A DNA stretch of 64,000 nucleotides from an uncultured Collinsella sp. (GTDB lineage: Bacteria > Actinomycetota > Coriobacteriia > Coriobacteriales > Coriobacteriaceae): the NCBI GenBank assembly GCA_900541805.1, contig UQLH01000010.1:185-64184 (forward strand). The letters are read 5' to 3'. Below are positions 10,217 through 22,131 of the stretch, one piece after another. Position 1 is the stretch's first letter. Each line of letters opens with the position of its first letter. Under the pieces are notes generated by a model. That model saw only the letters and a program-made list of their open reading frames with translations, had not been told where the DNA came from and made no database searches. A program made the position numbers and the translations under genes.

Positions 10217-11668
10217 TTACTTTTTGCGGGAATTGGTGAAAGCCATGAGGGCCAGGCCAATAGCCAACCAGCCGATCACGATGCTCCACTCCACCATGTT
10301 GAGGGAGGCGGGAGAGAACGGGATCACGAGCAGGCCGATGATGATGGCGCAGGCAGCGATAGCGAGGCCGATGCCAAACTTGCCGCCGGGCACCTCGTAG
10401 GGACGAGGCAGGTCGGGCTCGGTGAAGCGCATGCGCAGGCAGGCGAGGGCGACCATACCGCAGGAGAAGATGAAGGCGAGAGCCGACACGTTGGTCAGAG
10501 GAATGAGCATGTTCTTGCCCAGGAACGGACCGATGACGGTGATGACGCCCAGAACGACGCAGGCGAGCTTGGGAGCGCCGGACTTGGGGTCGACCTCGGC
10601 GAACTTCTCGGGCAGCTGGCCCTTGCGGCCCATGGCGAGCATGATGCGGCTCGTGGCGCCGTAGAAAGAGTTCATCGGGCCCATGGGTCCAAGCGTGGCG
10701 ATGACGAGCATGGCCAGGTACAGGAGCATGTTGATGCCCTTGAGGCAGGCAAGCGCGGGAACCGGGCTCTTAACAAACTCATGCCAGTCGAGGATGGTGC
10801 CGAACGAGTAGATGCAGACCATGTAGAAGCCGCCGGCGGCCAGCAGGGCCAGGGAGATGATCTTGCCGAACTTGTTCCAGTTGAGACCCTCGGCTGCTTC
10901 CTCAGCCTGCTGAGGAATGGTGTCGAAACCGGCGTAGAAAAACGGGGTCAGAACCAGGACCGACACGATGCCGGCGAACAGGCTGGTGCTCTCGGTAGCG
11001 GCCTTGCCGCCGCCAGCACCGGCGACCTGGGAGAACACGGGCATGGCGTTGTCCGGCGAGCCGGTGAACAGCGAGACGCCCATGGCGAGCAGCATGCCGC
11101 AGAGCAGGGCCTTGGTCAGGAAGGCCTGGAGCTTGGCGGCCGAGCTGGCACCGCGGAAGTTGAGGAAGATGACGTAGACTGCAAAGCCGAGCGCGATCAG
11201 CGTCGGGAACAGGTAAACGTCGGCGCCCAGGATGGTGTAGAGCTTGACGGCGCGCAGCCACTCAAGACCGGGCAGGCTGCCGAACATCTCGGACACGAGG
11301 GTCGAAATGGCGATGGCCTCCCACGGGCACAGGATGCCGTTGCCCAGAGCCAAAAGCCATCCGGTGATGTAGCTCAGCGTACGGCCAAAGCTACGATCGA
11401 CATACTCGACGATGCCGCCCGAGATGGGAATAGCAGCCGTGAGCTCACCGAAAACAGCTCCGACGGGCACGAGGAAGATTGCACCCAAGAGGAATGCGAT
11501 CATAGCGGGAACGGGACCGCCGCCCACGACCATCCAGTCGCCGACCTGCAGAACCCAACCGGTGCCGATGATGGCACCGAAACCGATGGTGAAGAAGTTC
11601 CAGAGCGAAAGCGTTTTCTTCATACCGCCGTTATCCTCGACTGCAACTTCTGCGTTCTTGTCCGCCAT
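10217..11668 (-). CDS. APC-family amino acid permease
   Basis: GFGAIIGTGW, ELTAAIPISGG and FFYAGFD; about 12 TMs; GGAGG RBS before MADKN. Confidence 0.9.
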   Translation of the reverse strand: MADKNAEVAVEDNGGMKKTLSLWNFFTIGFGAIIGTGWVLQVGDWMVVGGGPVPAMIAFLLGAIFLVPVGAVFGELTAAIPISGGIVEYVDRSFGRTLSYITGWLLALGNGILCPWEAIAISTLVSEMFGSLPGLEWLRAVKLYTILGADVYLFPTLIALGFAVYVIFLNFRGASSAAKLQAFLTKALLCGMLLAMGVSLFTGSPDNAMPVFSQVAGAGGGKAATESTSLFAGIVSVLVLTPFFYAGFDTIPQQAEEAAEGLNWNKFGKIISLALLAAGGFYMVCIYSFGTILDWHEFVKSPVPALACLKGINMLLYLAMLVIATLGPMGPMNSFYGATSRIMLAMGRKGQLPEKFAEVDPKSGAPKLACVVLGVITVIGPFLGKNMLIPLTNVSALAFIFSCGMVALACLRMRFTEPDLPRPYEVPGGKFGIGLAIAACAIIIGLLVIPFSPASLNMVEWSIVIGWLAIGLALMAFTNSRKK

Positions 11669-11810
11669 TGTTCCCCTCCTTTCCTTTTTGACGCCCCTTG
11701 ACGTCACCCCTTGCGCGGTCTGTTTTGCCGCGCTCTTTTATTTCGTGGCTTTAAGATACGGCCTTGGCGCAGCAGCTCCGCTTGTAGCTCGACCGAAGGC
11801 AGAACTGCAA

Positions 11811-11841
11811 AACGAGCGGCGCCGTTTTTGGGACGAACGGC
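11811..11841 (-). promoter_or_regulatory. Candidate LytTR binding direct repeat upstream of the APC permease-amidohydrolase operon
   Basis: GCCGTTCGTC-N11-GCCGCTCGTT (21-nt period); resembles the ACCGTTCGTC site of the LytTR protein AlgR. Confidence 0.55.
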
Positions 11842-12028
11842 ACGGTTTGCCGCTCATTGCTGCCGCCCGCCCGACGGGCGTACGTTCATCGGACGCATAG
11901 AGAGATGTTTTTGAGGCCGTGTGTTTTGCGCCTTTCGTACCGTTTACCGAGCTTTTGACGCGCAGACCCATTTGTTGCACATCTTTTTTGTAGGATAGAC
12001 AGGTTATACATGAGACAAGGCGGTACGA

Positions 12029-13063
12029 ATGGCATACGGATACAACGACGGTGATCAACGGCGACAAAGCGTTCGCCTTGCTGGCCGTACCACGCCGACG
12101 CCCAGAAGTGCCACGAGCGGCAATCCGCAACGTCCTCAAGAGCAACCCAGGCCTTCGTCTCGGCAGCAGACAAGCAGAACGCGGCAGAGTGGCCGTCCGA
12201 GCATGGACACAAGCGCGCAGCAAGATAGCCGCTTGGGCGCGCGCACTCGACAGCGTCAGGCCGAGGTTCCGCAACTGCGCCGCAACGGCGTACGTCAGCC
12301 CGGCAGCCATATCAACCGCTTCTTTTCGCATCCCCAAGGCGGACGCGACGGCAAGTCTTACCGCTCGACATCGCACGTGAATGCCCCCGCCCTGCCGGCT
12401 CGTCGACTTCGCCTCGCACTGTGCTCTATCCTCACCTGTCTGGTCTTTGTGCTTATGAGCTCCTGTATGTCCCACGGGTCGGCCGGTCTCGAGCCCACCG
12501 CCGAGGACAAGCTGCTCAAGGCCCCCGTCGCACCCGGTTATTCTTTCGCCTTTTCGACCCCACGCTCGCAATGGCAAGCCGGCACGATGCCCCATATCTA
12601 TCAGATTGACCCTGCGTGGTCGGAGCTGCCTTACGCCGGCGGCACCATCCGCCAAAATGCCTGCGGGCCCACGTGCCTCACCATGGTCTACATCTTTAAG
12701 ACGGGACGCACCAATATGACCCCCGTCGATATGTGCGCGCTTTCCGAGGCGGGCAATTACGCCCCCACCGGTGCAACCGAATGGTCGTTTATGACGAGCG
12801 GCGCGTGGCAGTTGGGACTTAACGGAACGGAGCTCCATAACGATCGCGACTCGATGACTCAGGCGCTGCGTTCGGGAGCGCCCATCATCGCCGCCGTTCG
12901 GCCGGGCACCTTTACCAACGTGGGCCACTACATTGTGCTTTACGGTATTGACGACGCCGACCAGATTGGCGTCTACGACCCCAACTCGGCCAGCCGCAGC
13001 GTCCGCCGCTGGGGCGTCGTAGAAGTCCTTAACGAAGTCGAAGCCATGTGGGCCTACTACTAG
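12029..13063 (+). CDS. C39-like (papain-fold) peptidase, membrane-anchored
   Basis: YQIDPAW, ACGPTCLTMV, GHYIVL and VYDPNS (Cys-His-Asp triad); one TM helix; N-terminal start uncertain. Confidence 0.8.
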   Translation: MAYGYNDGDQRRQSVRLAGRTTPTPRSATSGNPQRPQEQPRPSSRQQTSRTRQSGRPSMDTSAQQDSRLGARTRQRQAEVPQLRRNGVRQPGSHINRFFSHPQGGRDGKSYRSTSHVNAPALPARRLRLALCSILTCLVFVLMSSCMSHGSAGLEPTAEDKLLKAPVAPGYSFAFSTPRSQWQAGTMPHIYQIDPAWSELPYAGGTIRQNACGPTCLTMVYIFKTGRTNMTPVDMCALSEAGNYAPTGATEWSFMTSGAWQLGLNGTELHNDRDSMTQALRSGAPIIAAVRPGTFTNVGHYIVLYGIDDADQIGVYDPNSASRSVRRWGVVEVLNEVEAMWAYY

Positions 13064-13495
13064 TCATTGGGGACAGACTTAAATGAGTGGTCGTTGGCTG
13101 CCCGGAACTGCTGGCACGGAAAATGCATCCCGCTTTGAAGTTCGATAGCGGGATGCACTTTCCGCGCACGGCCTGTTTGGGAAACTACGTTCCACTTTCC
13201 GGCAACATTCCGGGATGCATTTTCCGGTTGAGGCCCTCAAGGGAAACCATGTCCCATGTTGGACGCTCATTCTGGGATGCGCTTTCCGCAGTTGATTGAT
13301 GCGGGCTTTAAGGACTGTTCCAAGCTGCCGGCAGAAAAGGAACGTCCCCAAGTGCCGGGTTTCCGCAGTCATTGGGGACAGACTTAAATGACTAGTCGTT
13401 TAGGAACGTCCCCAATGACTACCCACAGAATGAGGGTCTCATCGGGGACTAGGTAAATAACAAAAGCCCCCGCGGCCGAAGCGGACCGCGGGGGC
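13061..13495. repeat. Cluster of REP-like palindromic repeats ending in the GH1-gene terminator
   Basis: AGTCATTGGGGACAGACTTAAATGA at 13062 and 13367; inverted GTCCCCAATGACTAC; repeated GGGATGC(A/G)(C/T)TTTCCG units; hairpin AAAAGCCCCCGCGG...CCGCGGGGGC. Confidence 0.8.
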
Positions 13496-13511
13496 AACAG
13501 ACCTGCAAGAG

Positions 13512-16317
<2,806 letters not shown>

Positions 16318-16326
16318 GGTCGCCTC

Positions 16327-16620
16327 CTAACCCAACAGCGACTGGGCGAGTGCCAGCACGTTGGCGGCGTTGCCCATGCCGTAGTCCTGTGCGGGGATGA
16401 CCGCGGTCGGCTTACCGCTCCCCTGCTTGACGGTGTTGAGCTGGTAGGACACCTGCGGCCCCAAGAGCAGCACGTCATAATTGGCGCACGTCTCCTGATA
16501 CTCGCCGATACCCACCGCATCGATATCGAGCTCGATGCCGTTTTGCTCCGCATATTTCTCGAGTTTCTTCATCAGAATGCTTGTAGACAGACCAGCTGCG
16601 CAAACAAGAAGGATCTTCAT
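16327..16620 (-). CDS. PTS Lac/Cel-family EIIB
   Basis: KILLVCAAGLSTS, LLGPQV and DYGMGN. Confidence 0.93.
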   Translation of the reverse strand: MKILLVCAAGLSTSILMKKLEKYAEQNGIELDIDAVGIGEYQETCANYDVLLLGPQVSYQLNTVKQGSGKPTAVIPAQDYGMGNAANVLALAQSLLG

Positions 16621-16666
16621 AAGGGATTCCCTTCGCATTGATTGGTTGGATAGTCACCGCACGCCG

Positions 16667-16993
16667 CTAGGCGTTCTTGGTTGCAGTGCACTCATACAGG
16701 CAGATCAGCTCCTGCACGAGCTCCTGAGCAAGCATGGAGCACATGAGGTGGTCCTGAGCATGGACCAGCAACACATCCACCGACAGATGCTCGCCCGCTG
16801 CCTCAGTCGAAAGCAGCTGCGTTTGGATGTGGTGAGCCTTGATTCCCGCATCCTTTGACTGCTTCATGAGTTTGGCGGCGGCGTCAAAATCCCCCGCTTT
16901 TGCCTTTTCAAGGGCTTCGAAGGCAAGGCTGCGTGCCTCTCCCGCCGCAGCGACCAGCTGAAACGAAACCATCTCGGTTCCCTGATCGTCCAT
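16667..16993 (-). CDS. PTS Lac/Cel-family EIIA
   Basis: AGEARS, AHHIQT and LLVHAQDHLM. Confidence 0.93.
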   Translation of the reverse strand: MDDQGTEMVSFQLVAAAGEARSLAFEALEKAKAGDFDAAAKLMKQSKDAGIKAHHIQTQLLSTEAAGEHLSVDVLLVHAQDHLMCSMLAQELVQELICLYECTATKNA

Positions 16994-17112
16994 AACGGTC
17001 TCCTCTCCCGTGATGTTTGGTTTGTACTTGAATATTCGAAACGCCTATCTCCCGCCCGCAATCCTCGAGGTTTATTGCAGGTAGACAGACAGGGTTATCG
17101 ACAAAAGAAGTC

Positions 17113-19008
17113 TTAAGCCGTATGCGCTTGCACAAGCGCCATCAGCTCATGCCAGGACCGGCGCTCGCGTAGGCGCTCGACCCCCTGGCGGTCCATAAAG
17201 ATCTCGGCGAGCAGTGAGCTCAAGATCCGCGCCTCATCGCCGCCCGACCGGGCAAACGACACCATAAAGACGATATCGACCTCATGGCCGTATTCGTCCC
17301 AAAGAATGGGATGTTCGAGCAGGCCCACGGTAACAAAGGCCTCGGCGCTCAAGGGATGCATCCCATGGGGCATGGCTACCCCATTGCCAAACGAGGTGGC
17401 ACTCGCGCTCTCGCGCTCGGCGACCTCTTGGGCAAACTGGGCATCGACACGGCCGCTCTCGACGGCGCGCTCGGAGAGATATCGGAGAACGGCCTGCTTC
17501 GACGACGCCTCAACGCGGTTGAAGAACAGGGCACGGCTAAAGAAAGAGCTTACGGAGTCCGATTGCGCAGTGTCGTCGCTCAGCACCTTGCGGATAGCGT
17601 TGACATCGCTCGTCTCCAAGAAGAAATCGGCCTCGCGGACGGGCACGGGCAACTTGACGTTGAGCGGCACCGTTGTGAACACGTAGTCGATGTGCGAAAA
17701 ATCGAACGTTCCCACGCGGGCGACATCGCATGTCTCAATCGAATCGATATACATGCCAAACTGCTTGCGGTACTGGTGCTCGAGCATACGGGCGCTTCCC
17801 GCTCCCGAGGCGCACACGATCAGGATGCGCTTGCGACGCGGCTGGTCGGCTTGCTGCTCGAGGGCCAGGGCAAATGCCATGGCGATGTAGCCGAGCTCTT
17901 CATCAGAGGGCTGGCTGCCAAAATGACGCTCGAGTACCTGCGAGGTGCCAGCTGCCATCGAATAGGCCAACGGAAACCTCGTCTTGATATCGGGCAGCAT
18001 GGGGTTATCCATATGCATGTGATATTCAAGGCGATAGCCCAGAGGGCCGATATGCCGAGCAAGGTTCATGCGAAGTTCAAGATCGCCGCTAAAGTCAAAC
18101 CTAAACTCATCGTTGACCGCACGTACCATCTCGGAAGCAATCTCCCACATCTCGTCCGAGATAACGGCAGAGCCCTTCTCGGGCACGCCCGTGCCCCTGC
18201 CGAGCAAATGGATTGCGATAAAGGCAACCTCTTCTCGGGGCATGCTCACGCCCAGGGCATCCTTGATGTTTGCGGCAATCTGGAAAGCCGCGGCGTATTC
18301 GCGCGTTCCCTCCAGTTTTTGAACGTCCGATTCTGCAGCTGGGACATAGCAGCCCTGCTCGATGCGGCCAAGAGCGATGTAAAGATGCATGATGAGATTG
18401 CGGGATGCCAGCGAGCTCACCGTGACGGGCGAGGCCGTCAGGGCATCGTCCACACATGCGGCGATGGCCCGCAGGCGCTCGGCGAGCTTTGCATCGTCGG
18501 TGTCGGGCAACACGGGCCTCACCAGCGAGGCCAGGCACAGGCGCCGTTGTGACTCCCCGCCCGCAACGCGGATTCCGTAGCGTGGGCGCTTTTCGAGCGT
18601 TAAGTCAAATTGGGCGAGTTTCTGCTCTACCAGACGCATGTCATTGGACAGAGTCCGCGCCGAAACGTAGAGTAAATCCGCATACTCCTCAATCGTCACC
18701 CACTGGGACCGCATGAGGAGGTCGTTAAGAAGGAAGGACACACGGCCATCGCGCGTATCAGGAATGCCCGGATGGGCCAGAGCCGCACCGTCTAGCAAGC
18801 GAGCAAGCTCATCTGCACGTGCAACATCGATACGATACTGCCCCTTGCTGCCAACGATGCGTGCAACCCCTGCAAGGCTGTCGTTTGCGCGATGGATATA
18901 GTTTCTCACGGCGCGCTCGCTTACCTCGAGACGCTTGGCAAGTACCGCGACAGCGACAGGCTGAGCGTCCTCGATCATATTTACAAGCTGCTTGACGCGA
19001 GCATCCAT
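17113..19008 (-). CDS. PRD-containing transcriptional activator (LicR/MtlR type)
   Basis: Two N-terminal HTH motifs, two PRDs (FIAIHL, YIAMAF), EIIB-like VCASGAGSA and EIIA-like GVAMPHG. Confidence 0.88.
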   Translation of the reverse strand: MDARVKQLVNMIEDAQPVAVAVLAKRLEVSERAVRNYIHRANDSLAGVARIVGSKGQYRIDVARADELARLLDGAALAHPGIPDTRDGRVSFLLNDLLMRSQWVTIEEYADLLYVSARTLSNDMRLVEQKLAQFDLTLEKRPRYGIRVAGGESQRRLCLASLVRPVLPDTDDAKLAERLRAIAACVDDALTASPVTVSSLASRNLIMHLYIALGRIEQGCYVPAAESDVQKLEGTREYAAAFQIAANIKDALGVSMPREEVAFIAIHLLGRGTGVPEKGSAVISDEMWEIASEMVRAVNDEFRFDFSGDLELRMNLARHIGPLGYRLEYHMHMDNPMLPDIKTRFPLAYSMAAGTSQVLERHFGSQPSDEELGYIAMAFALALEQQADQPRRKRILIVCASGAGSARMLEHQYRKQFGMYIDSIETCDVARVGTFDFSHIDYVFTTVPLNVKLPVPVREADFFLETSDVNAIRKVLSDDTAQSDSVSSFFSRALFFNRVEASSKQAVLRYLSERAVESGRVDAQFAQEVAERESASATSFGNGVAMPHGMHPLSAEAFVTVGLLEHPILWDEYGHEVDIVFMVSFARSGGDEARILSSLLAEIFMDRQGVERLRERRSWHELMALVQAHTA

Positions 19009-19070
19009 GTCCTCCTCCTTTCCCTGCGTCTAGTCTAACGCGGTAAAGAATGACACTCCACGTCGCGCTC

Positions 19071-19088
19071 GTTCCGCCAACTCGGAAC
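19071..19088. promoter_or_regulatory. Candidate LicR-type operator upstream of the PTS operon
   Basis: Palindrome GTTCCG-N6-CGGAAC; -10-like TAGACT on the minus strand at 19032-19037. Confidence 0.5.
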
Positions 19089-19165
19089 AGGTTGCGGGGA
19101 GTCCAGCTGAGCTATGGAGAGCCTGGGGAGAGGGCCCGAAAGCAATGCGTCGGTGTGAGATGCGC

Positions 19166-19314
19166 TTTCCGCAGTCATTGGGGACAGATTTAAATTAGTA
19201 GTCATTGAGGACGTTCTTGTTTGACTAGTCGTTTAAGAACGTCCCCAATGACTACTCACCCATCGGGGACTAGGTGAATAGCAAAAGCCCCGCAGTCGGA
19301 GCGGACTGCGGGGC
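19166..19314. repeat. REP-like repeat plus arcC terminator; direct-repeat copy of 13360-13495
   Basis: TTTCCGCAGTCATTGGGGACAGA...GAACGTCCCCAATGACTAC...CATCGGGGACTAGGT...CAAAAGCCCCGCAG...GCGGGGC. Confidence 0.8.
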
Positions 19315-19380
19315 TCATGAAGAGAGGCTAGTTTGTGGGCGTCTTGCCTGGCGCCCACGAGAGAGGCAACAGAGTAGAGA

Positions 19381-20343
19381 CTACTCGTGGATGCGGGTGC
19401 CGGAGAGGCCGGCCATGGTCTCGGCAGCCTTGTCCAGAGCGCCGATGATGCAGGTGCGGCCCTTGCGGGAACGAGCGAACTTGATGGCAGCGCGGACCTT
19501 GGGCTCCATGGAACCCTTGCCGAACTGGCCCTCGTCGGCCAGGCGCTCGGCCTCGTCGGCGGTGAGGTCCTCGAGCTCCTCCTGGTTGGGCTTGCCAAAG
19601 TTGATGGCGACATGCTCAACGGCGGTCAGCAGGAACAGAACGTCGGCGTCGCAGTCCTCGGCCAGCAGCTCGCCGCCCAGGTCTTTGTCGATGACGGCGG
19701 GGACGCCCTTGTAGCAGCCCTTGTTCTCATAGTCGCGGACGACGGGAATGCCGCCGCCACCGCAGGCGATGACGATGAACTCGTTGTCGAGCAGATTGAG
19801 GATGGAGTCGGCCTCGACGATCTTCTTGGGATCGGGGGAAGCGACGACGCGACGCCAGCCGCGACCGGAATCCTCGACGAAGACCTTGGAGGGATCCTCG
19901 GCCATGAACTCCTTGGCCTGCTCCTCGGTGTAGAAGGGGCCGATCGGCTTGGTCGGGTTCTTGAACGCGGGATCGTCCGGGTCGCACTCGATCTGGGTGA
20001 CGACGGTGGCGGCGTGCCAACGCTTATAGCGCTTGTGCATCTCGCGGCCAATGCCCTGCTGCAGGTGATAACCAATGTAGCCCTGGGACATGGCGCCGCA
20101 CTCGGGCAGCGGCATCTCGGGGGTGCCGATGGCGTCGTGGGCAGCGGCGAAGGCGTTCTGGATCATGCCAACCTGCGGGCCGTTGCCGTGGGTGATGATG
20201 ATCTCGTTGCCCTGCTCGATCAGGCCGAGGAGAGCGTGAGCGGTGTTACTCACGGCCTCGATCTGCTCAACGGGGTTGTTGCCGAGGGCGTTGCCGCCAA
20301 GGGCGACGACGATACGATCGGGCTTGCCAAGAGGCTTAGACAT
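19381..20343 (-). CDS. arcC: Carbamate kinase
   Basis: VVALGGNAL, THGNGPQVG, NPTKPIGPF, RRVVASPDP, GGGGIPV, AVIDKD and GSMEPK. Confidence 0.95.
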   Translation of the reverse strand: MSKPLGKPDRIVVALGGNALGNNPVEQIEAVSNTAHALLGLIEQGNEIIITHGNGPQVGMIQNAFAAAHDAIGTPEMPLPECGAMSQGYIGYHLQQGIGREMHKRYKRWHAATVVTQIECDPDDPAFKNPTKPIGPFYTEEQAKEFMAEDPSKVFVEDSGRGWRRVVASPDPKKIVEADSILNLLDNEFIVIACGGGGIPVVRDYENKGCYKGVPAVIDKDLGGELLAEDCDADVLFLLTAVEHVAINFGKPNQEELEDLTADEAERLADEGQFGKGSMEPKVRAAIKFARSRKGRTCIIGALDKAAETMAGLSGTRIHE

Positions 20344-20791
20344 TGCTGGAATCCTTTCTGTAAAAGGCCTACAACCCATTAATAACCCGCGCCCGTGCGA
20401 TACGCGAGTTTATTAAGGTTTATATTCTCTTTATCGCTCATTTTATTCATTTTGAAAATAGTTGAACGGTGAACGGTCGCTTTTACCCGCTCAGCGTAAA
20501 GAAACCCAGCTCAAGCATATCTACGTCATTTACGTGCAACTTTATTTTAATAGAGCAGGGATTAGACCAGATTATGCAAACTATATTCTTTGCTAAACAT
20601 AAAATAGGCAGCGCAAAATCTTACTCGCACTATACGAGATTCTATGCACTTATTGGACGAGTATGCAGCCCTGCAATAACATGGCGTTTTTCATCCAACT
20701 TAAGGAATAGACGAGTGCCTTTGCCGCGCGTCGGCCGGCAGCCGGCGAGCCGTCTCGTCGATCGCCGCTTCCAGAAAATCAAAAACTGATA

Positions 20792-20820
20792 TTGCGCGCG
20801 CAATTGCGGCATGGTACTTT
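20792..20820 (+). promoter_or_regulatory. Sigma70-type promoter for the DUF3830 operon
   Basis: TTGCGC-N17-TACTTT with an extended -10 TG. Confidence 0.5.
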
Positions 20821-20946
20821 AGCGAAGAACAGCGCGGGCTGGGGCGACAGAGATCTGTCGTGAAGTTTGGGTTCGGCGACCCCGCCGCTGTCTTCTCCTT
20901 ATCCGCCAGCGAGCCCCTTGAGCGACGGATTGAGGAGGTCCTTACT

Positions 20947-21363
20947 ATGACAAAAATGCTCAAGATCACGCTGAATGGCGAGACGTTTCTCGCCGACATG
21001 CTCTGGGACAAGGCTCCCGAGGCATGCAAGCTGTTCGAATCGTCCTGTCCGGTCGAGTCACGTATCTTTTCGGCCAAGATCTGCGATGCCGAGGTAACCT
21101 ATCCCGTATCGGGCCCCATCGCCAATTACGAGCACATCGAGAACCCCGTCTTTCACGAGCCGGCGGGCGCCGTGAGCTGGTATGGCGGATGGTCGTCAAT
21201 CTGCATCTTCTTTGACGTGTGCGAGCCCTTTGGCACCTGCAACATGTTCGCCCGCATCTGCGAAGCCGACCGCGAGCGCTTTGCCGTTGCTTGCCGCAAT
21301 GTTTGGGACAACCAGGGCATGCACATCAAAAACGAAATCGTCGAGATCGAAGCGGAGGCCTAA
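20947..21363 (+). CDS. DUF3830-family cyclophilin-like protein
   Basis: MLWDKAPEAC, ENPVFHEPAGAVSWY and CNMFARI pattern; GAGGAGG RBS. Confidence 0.7.
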   Translation: MTKMLKITLNGETFLADMLWDKAPEACKLFESSCPVESRIFSAKICDAEVTYPVSGPIANYEHIENPVFHEPAGAVSWYGGWSSICIFFDVCEPFGTCNMFARICEADRERFAVACRNVWDNQGMHIKNEIVEIEAEA

Positions 21364-21365
21364 AG

Positions 21366-21890
21366 ATGATGGATATCAACACCCTGCTCGCACTCGACCT
21401 TGCCGAGTACACCACTGCACTTGAGGCCCTCGCCGACCAGATGATGCTTGAGGAACCACGCGATATCGACTACATGCGCCGCCGCAAGCTCGACACAGGC
21501 CGCGAATTCGCCGTCTGGAACTTCACCGTCGGCTACTGCATGAACGCCGCCGACGCCCTCTCCCTCCTGCGAGCCCAGGCCAACGAAAACGCCAACGACG
21601 GCACCGCCGACCTCGCAACGATCAACAACAGCGCCGCGCGCCTGTGCGACTGGTTCTCGGGCGCCTTCGACGTCACCGGCAAAATGGATGACACCACGGC
21701 AATCCTCGCCCACAGCCGCGACCTCTACGCCCAGGTAGAGACTCACGAACAGTTTGCAGCCCTCACCCGCGCCACCGAGCGCTATCTGGTCCAGCTCCAA
21801 TTTTGGGTCGACCGCCAGATTCCCTGGCCGGCCATTAGCGACCTCGTCCACGGCTACCGCCTACGCACGGAGTCCGGCGAGACAAGGTAA
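21366..21890 (+). CDS. Helical protein resembling the cucumopine synthase/McbB C-terminal helical bundle
   Basis: EEPRDIDYMRR...G.EFAVWNFTVG...YLVQLQFWVDRQIPW pattern; starts 2 nt after the DUF3830 stop. Confidence 0.55.
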   Translation: MMDINTLLALDLAEYTTALEALADQMMLEEPRDIDYMRRRKLDTGREFAVWNFTVGYCMNAADALSLLRAQANENANDGTADLATINNSAARLCDWFSGAFDVTGKMDDTTAILAHSRDLYAQVETHEQFAALTRATERYLVQLQFWVDRQIPWPAISDLVHGYRLRTESGETR

Positions 21891-22033
21891 CCAAGCAAGC
21901 AGCACCGACAACACCCCACCATCGGGATCCAAAGTAAGAATCAGAGGGCTGGAGACGCACCCAACAGCGTCCCCAGCCCCTTCGCAAAGTAGAGCACTGT
22001 TTCAGTGGCTTTGAGGCCTATTCGAACCTTTTC

Positions 22034-22118
22034 TATCTCCCAATTTTTGTATATTTACGACAATATTATCTGCCAATTTTTGTATGATTTTAGGCGATTC
22101 TATCTGTCAATTTTTGTC
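22034..22118. repeat. Three phased direct repeats TATCT(C/G)(C/T)CAATTTTTGT, period 33-34 nt
   Basis: Copies start at 22034, 22067 and 22101. Confidence 0.85.
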
Positions 22119-22131
22119 ATTTGGGGGTTTA

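Noticed and set aside
12029..13063. C39-like peptidase as the leader peptidase of the RiPP cluster
   Set aside because: About 16 kb away, outside the island, with host-like composition; precursor B has no double-glycine motif
13061..13495. CRISPR array or intact IS element
   Set aside because: Repeats are palindromic and irregularly spaced, with no unique fixed-length spacers and no transposase
20430..20460. ARG box upstream of arcC
   Set aside because: Only a half-site (TGAATAAAAT) in AT-rich DNA; insufficient evidence
22034..22118. CRISPR array
   Set aside because: Only three 17-nt repeats with ~16-nt spacers, and no cas genes
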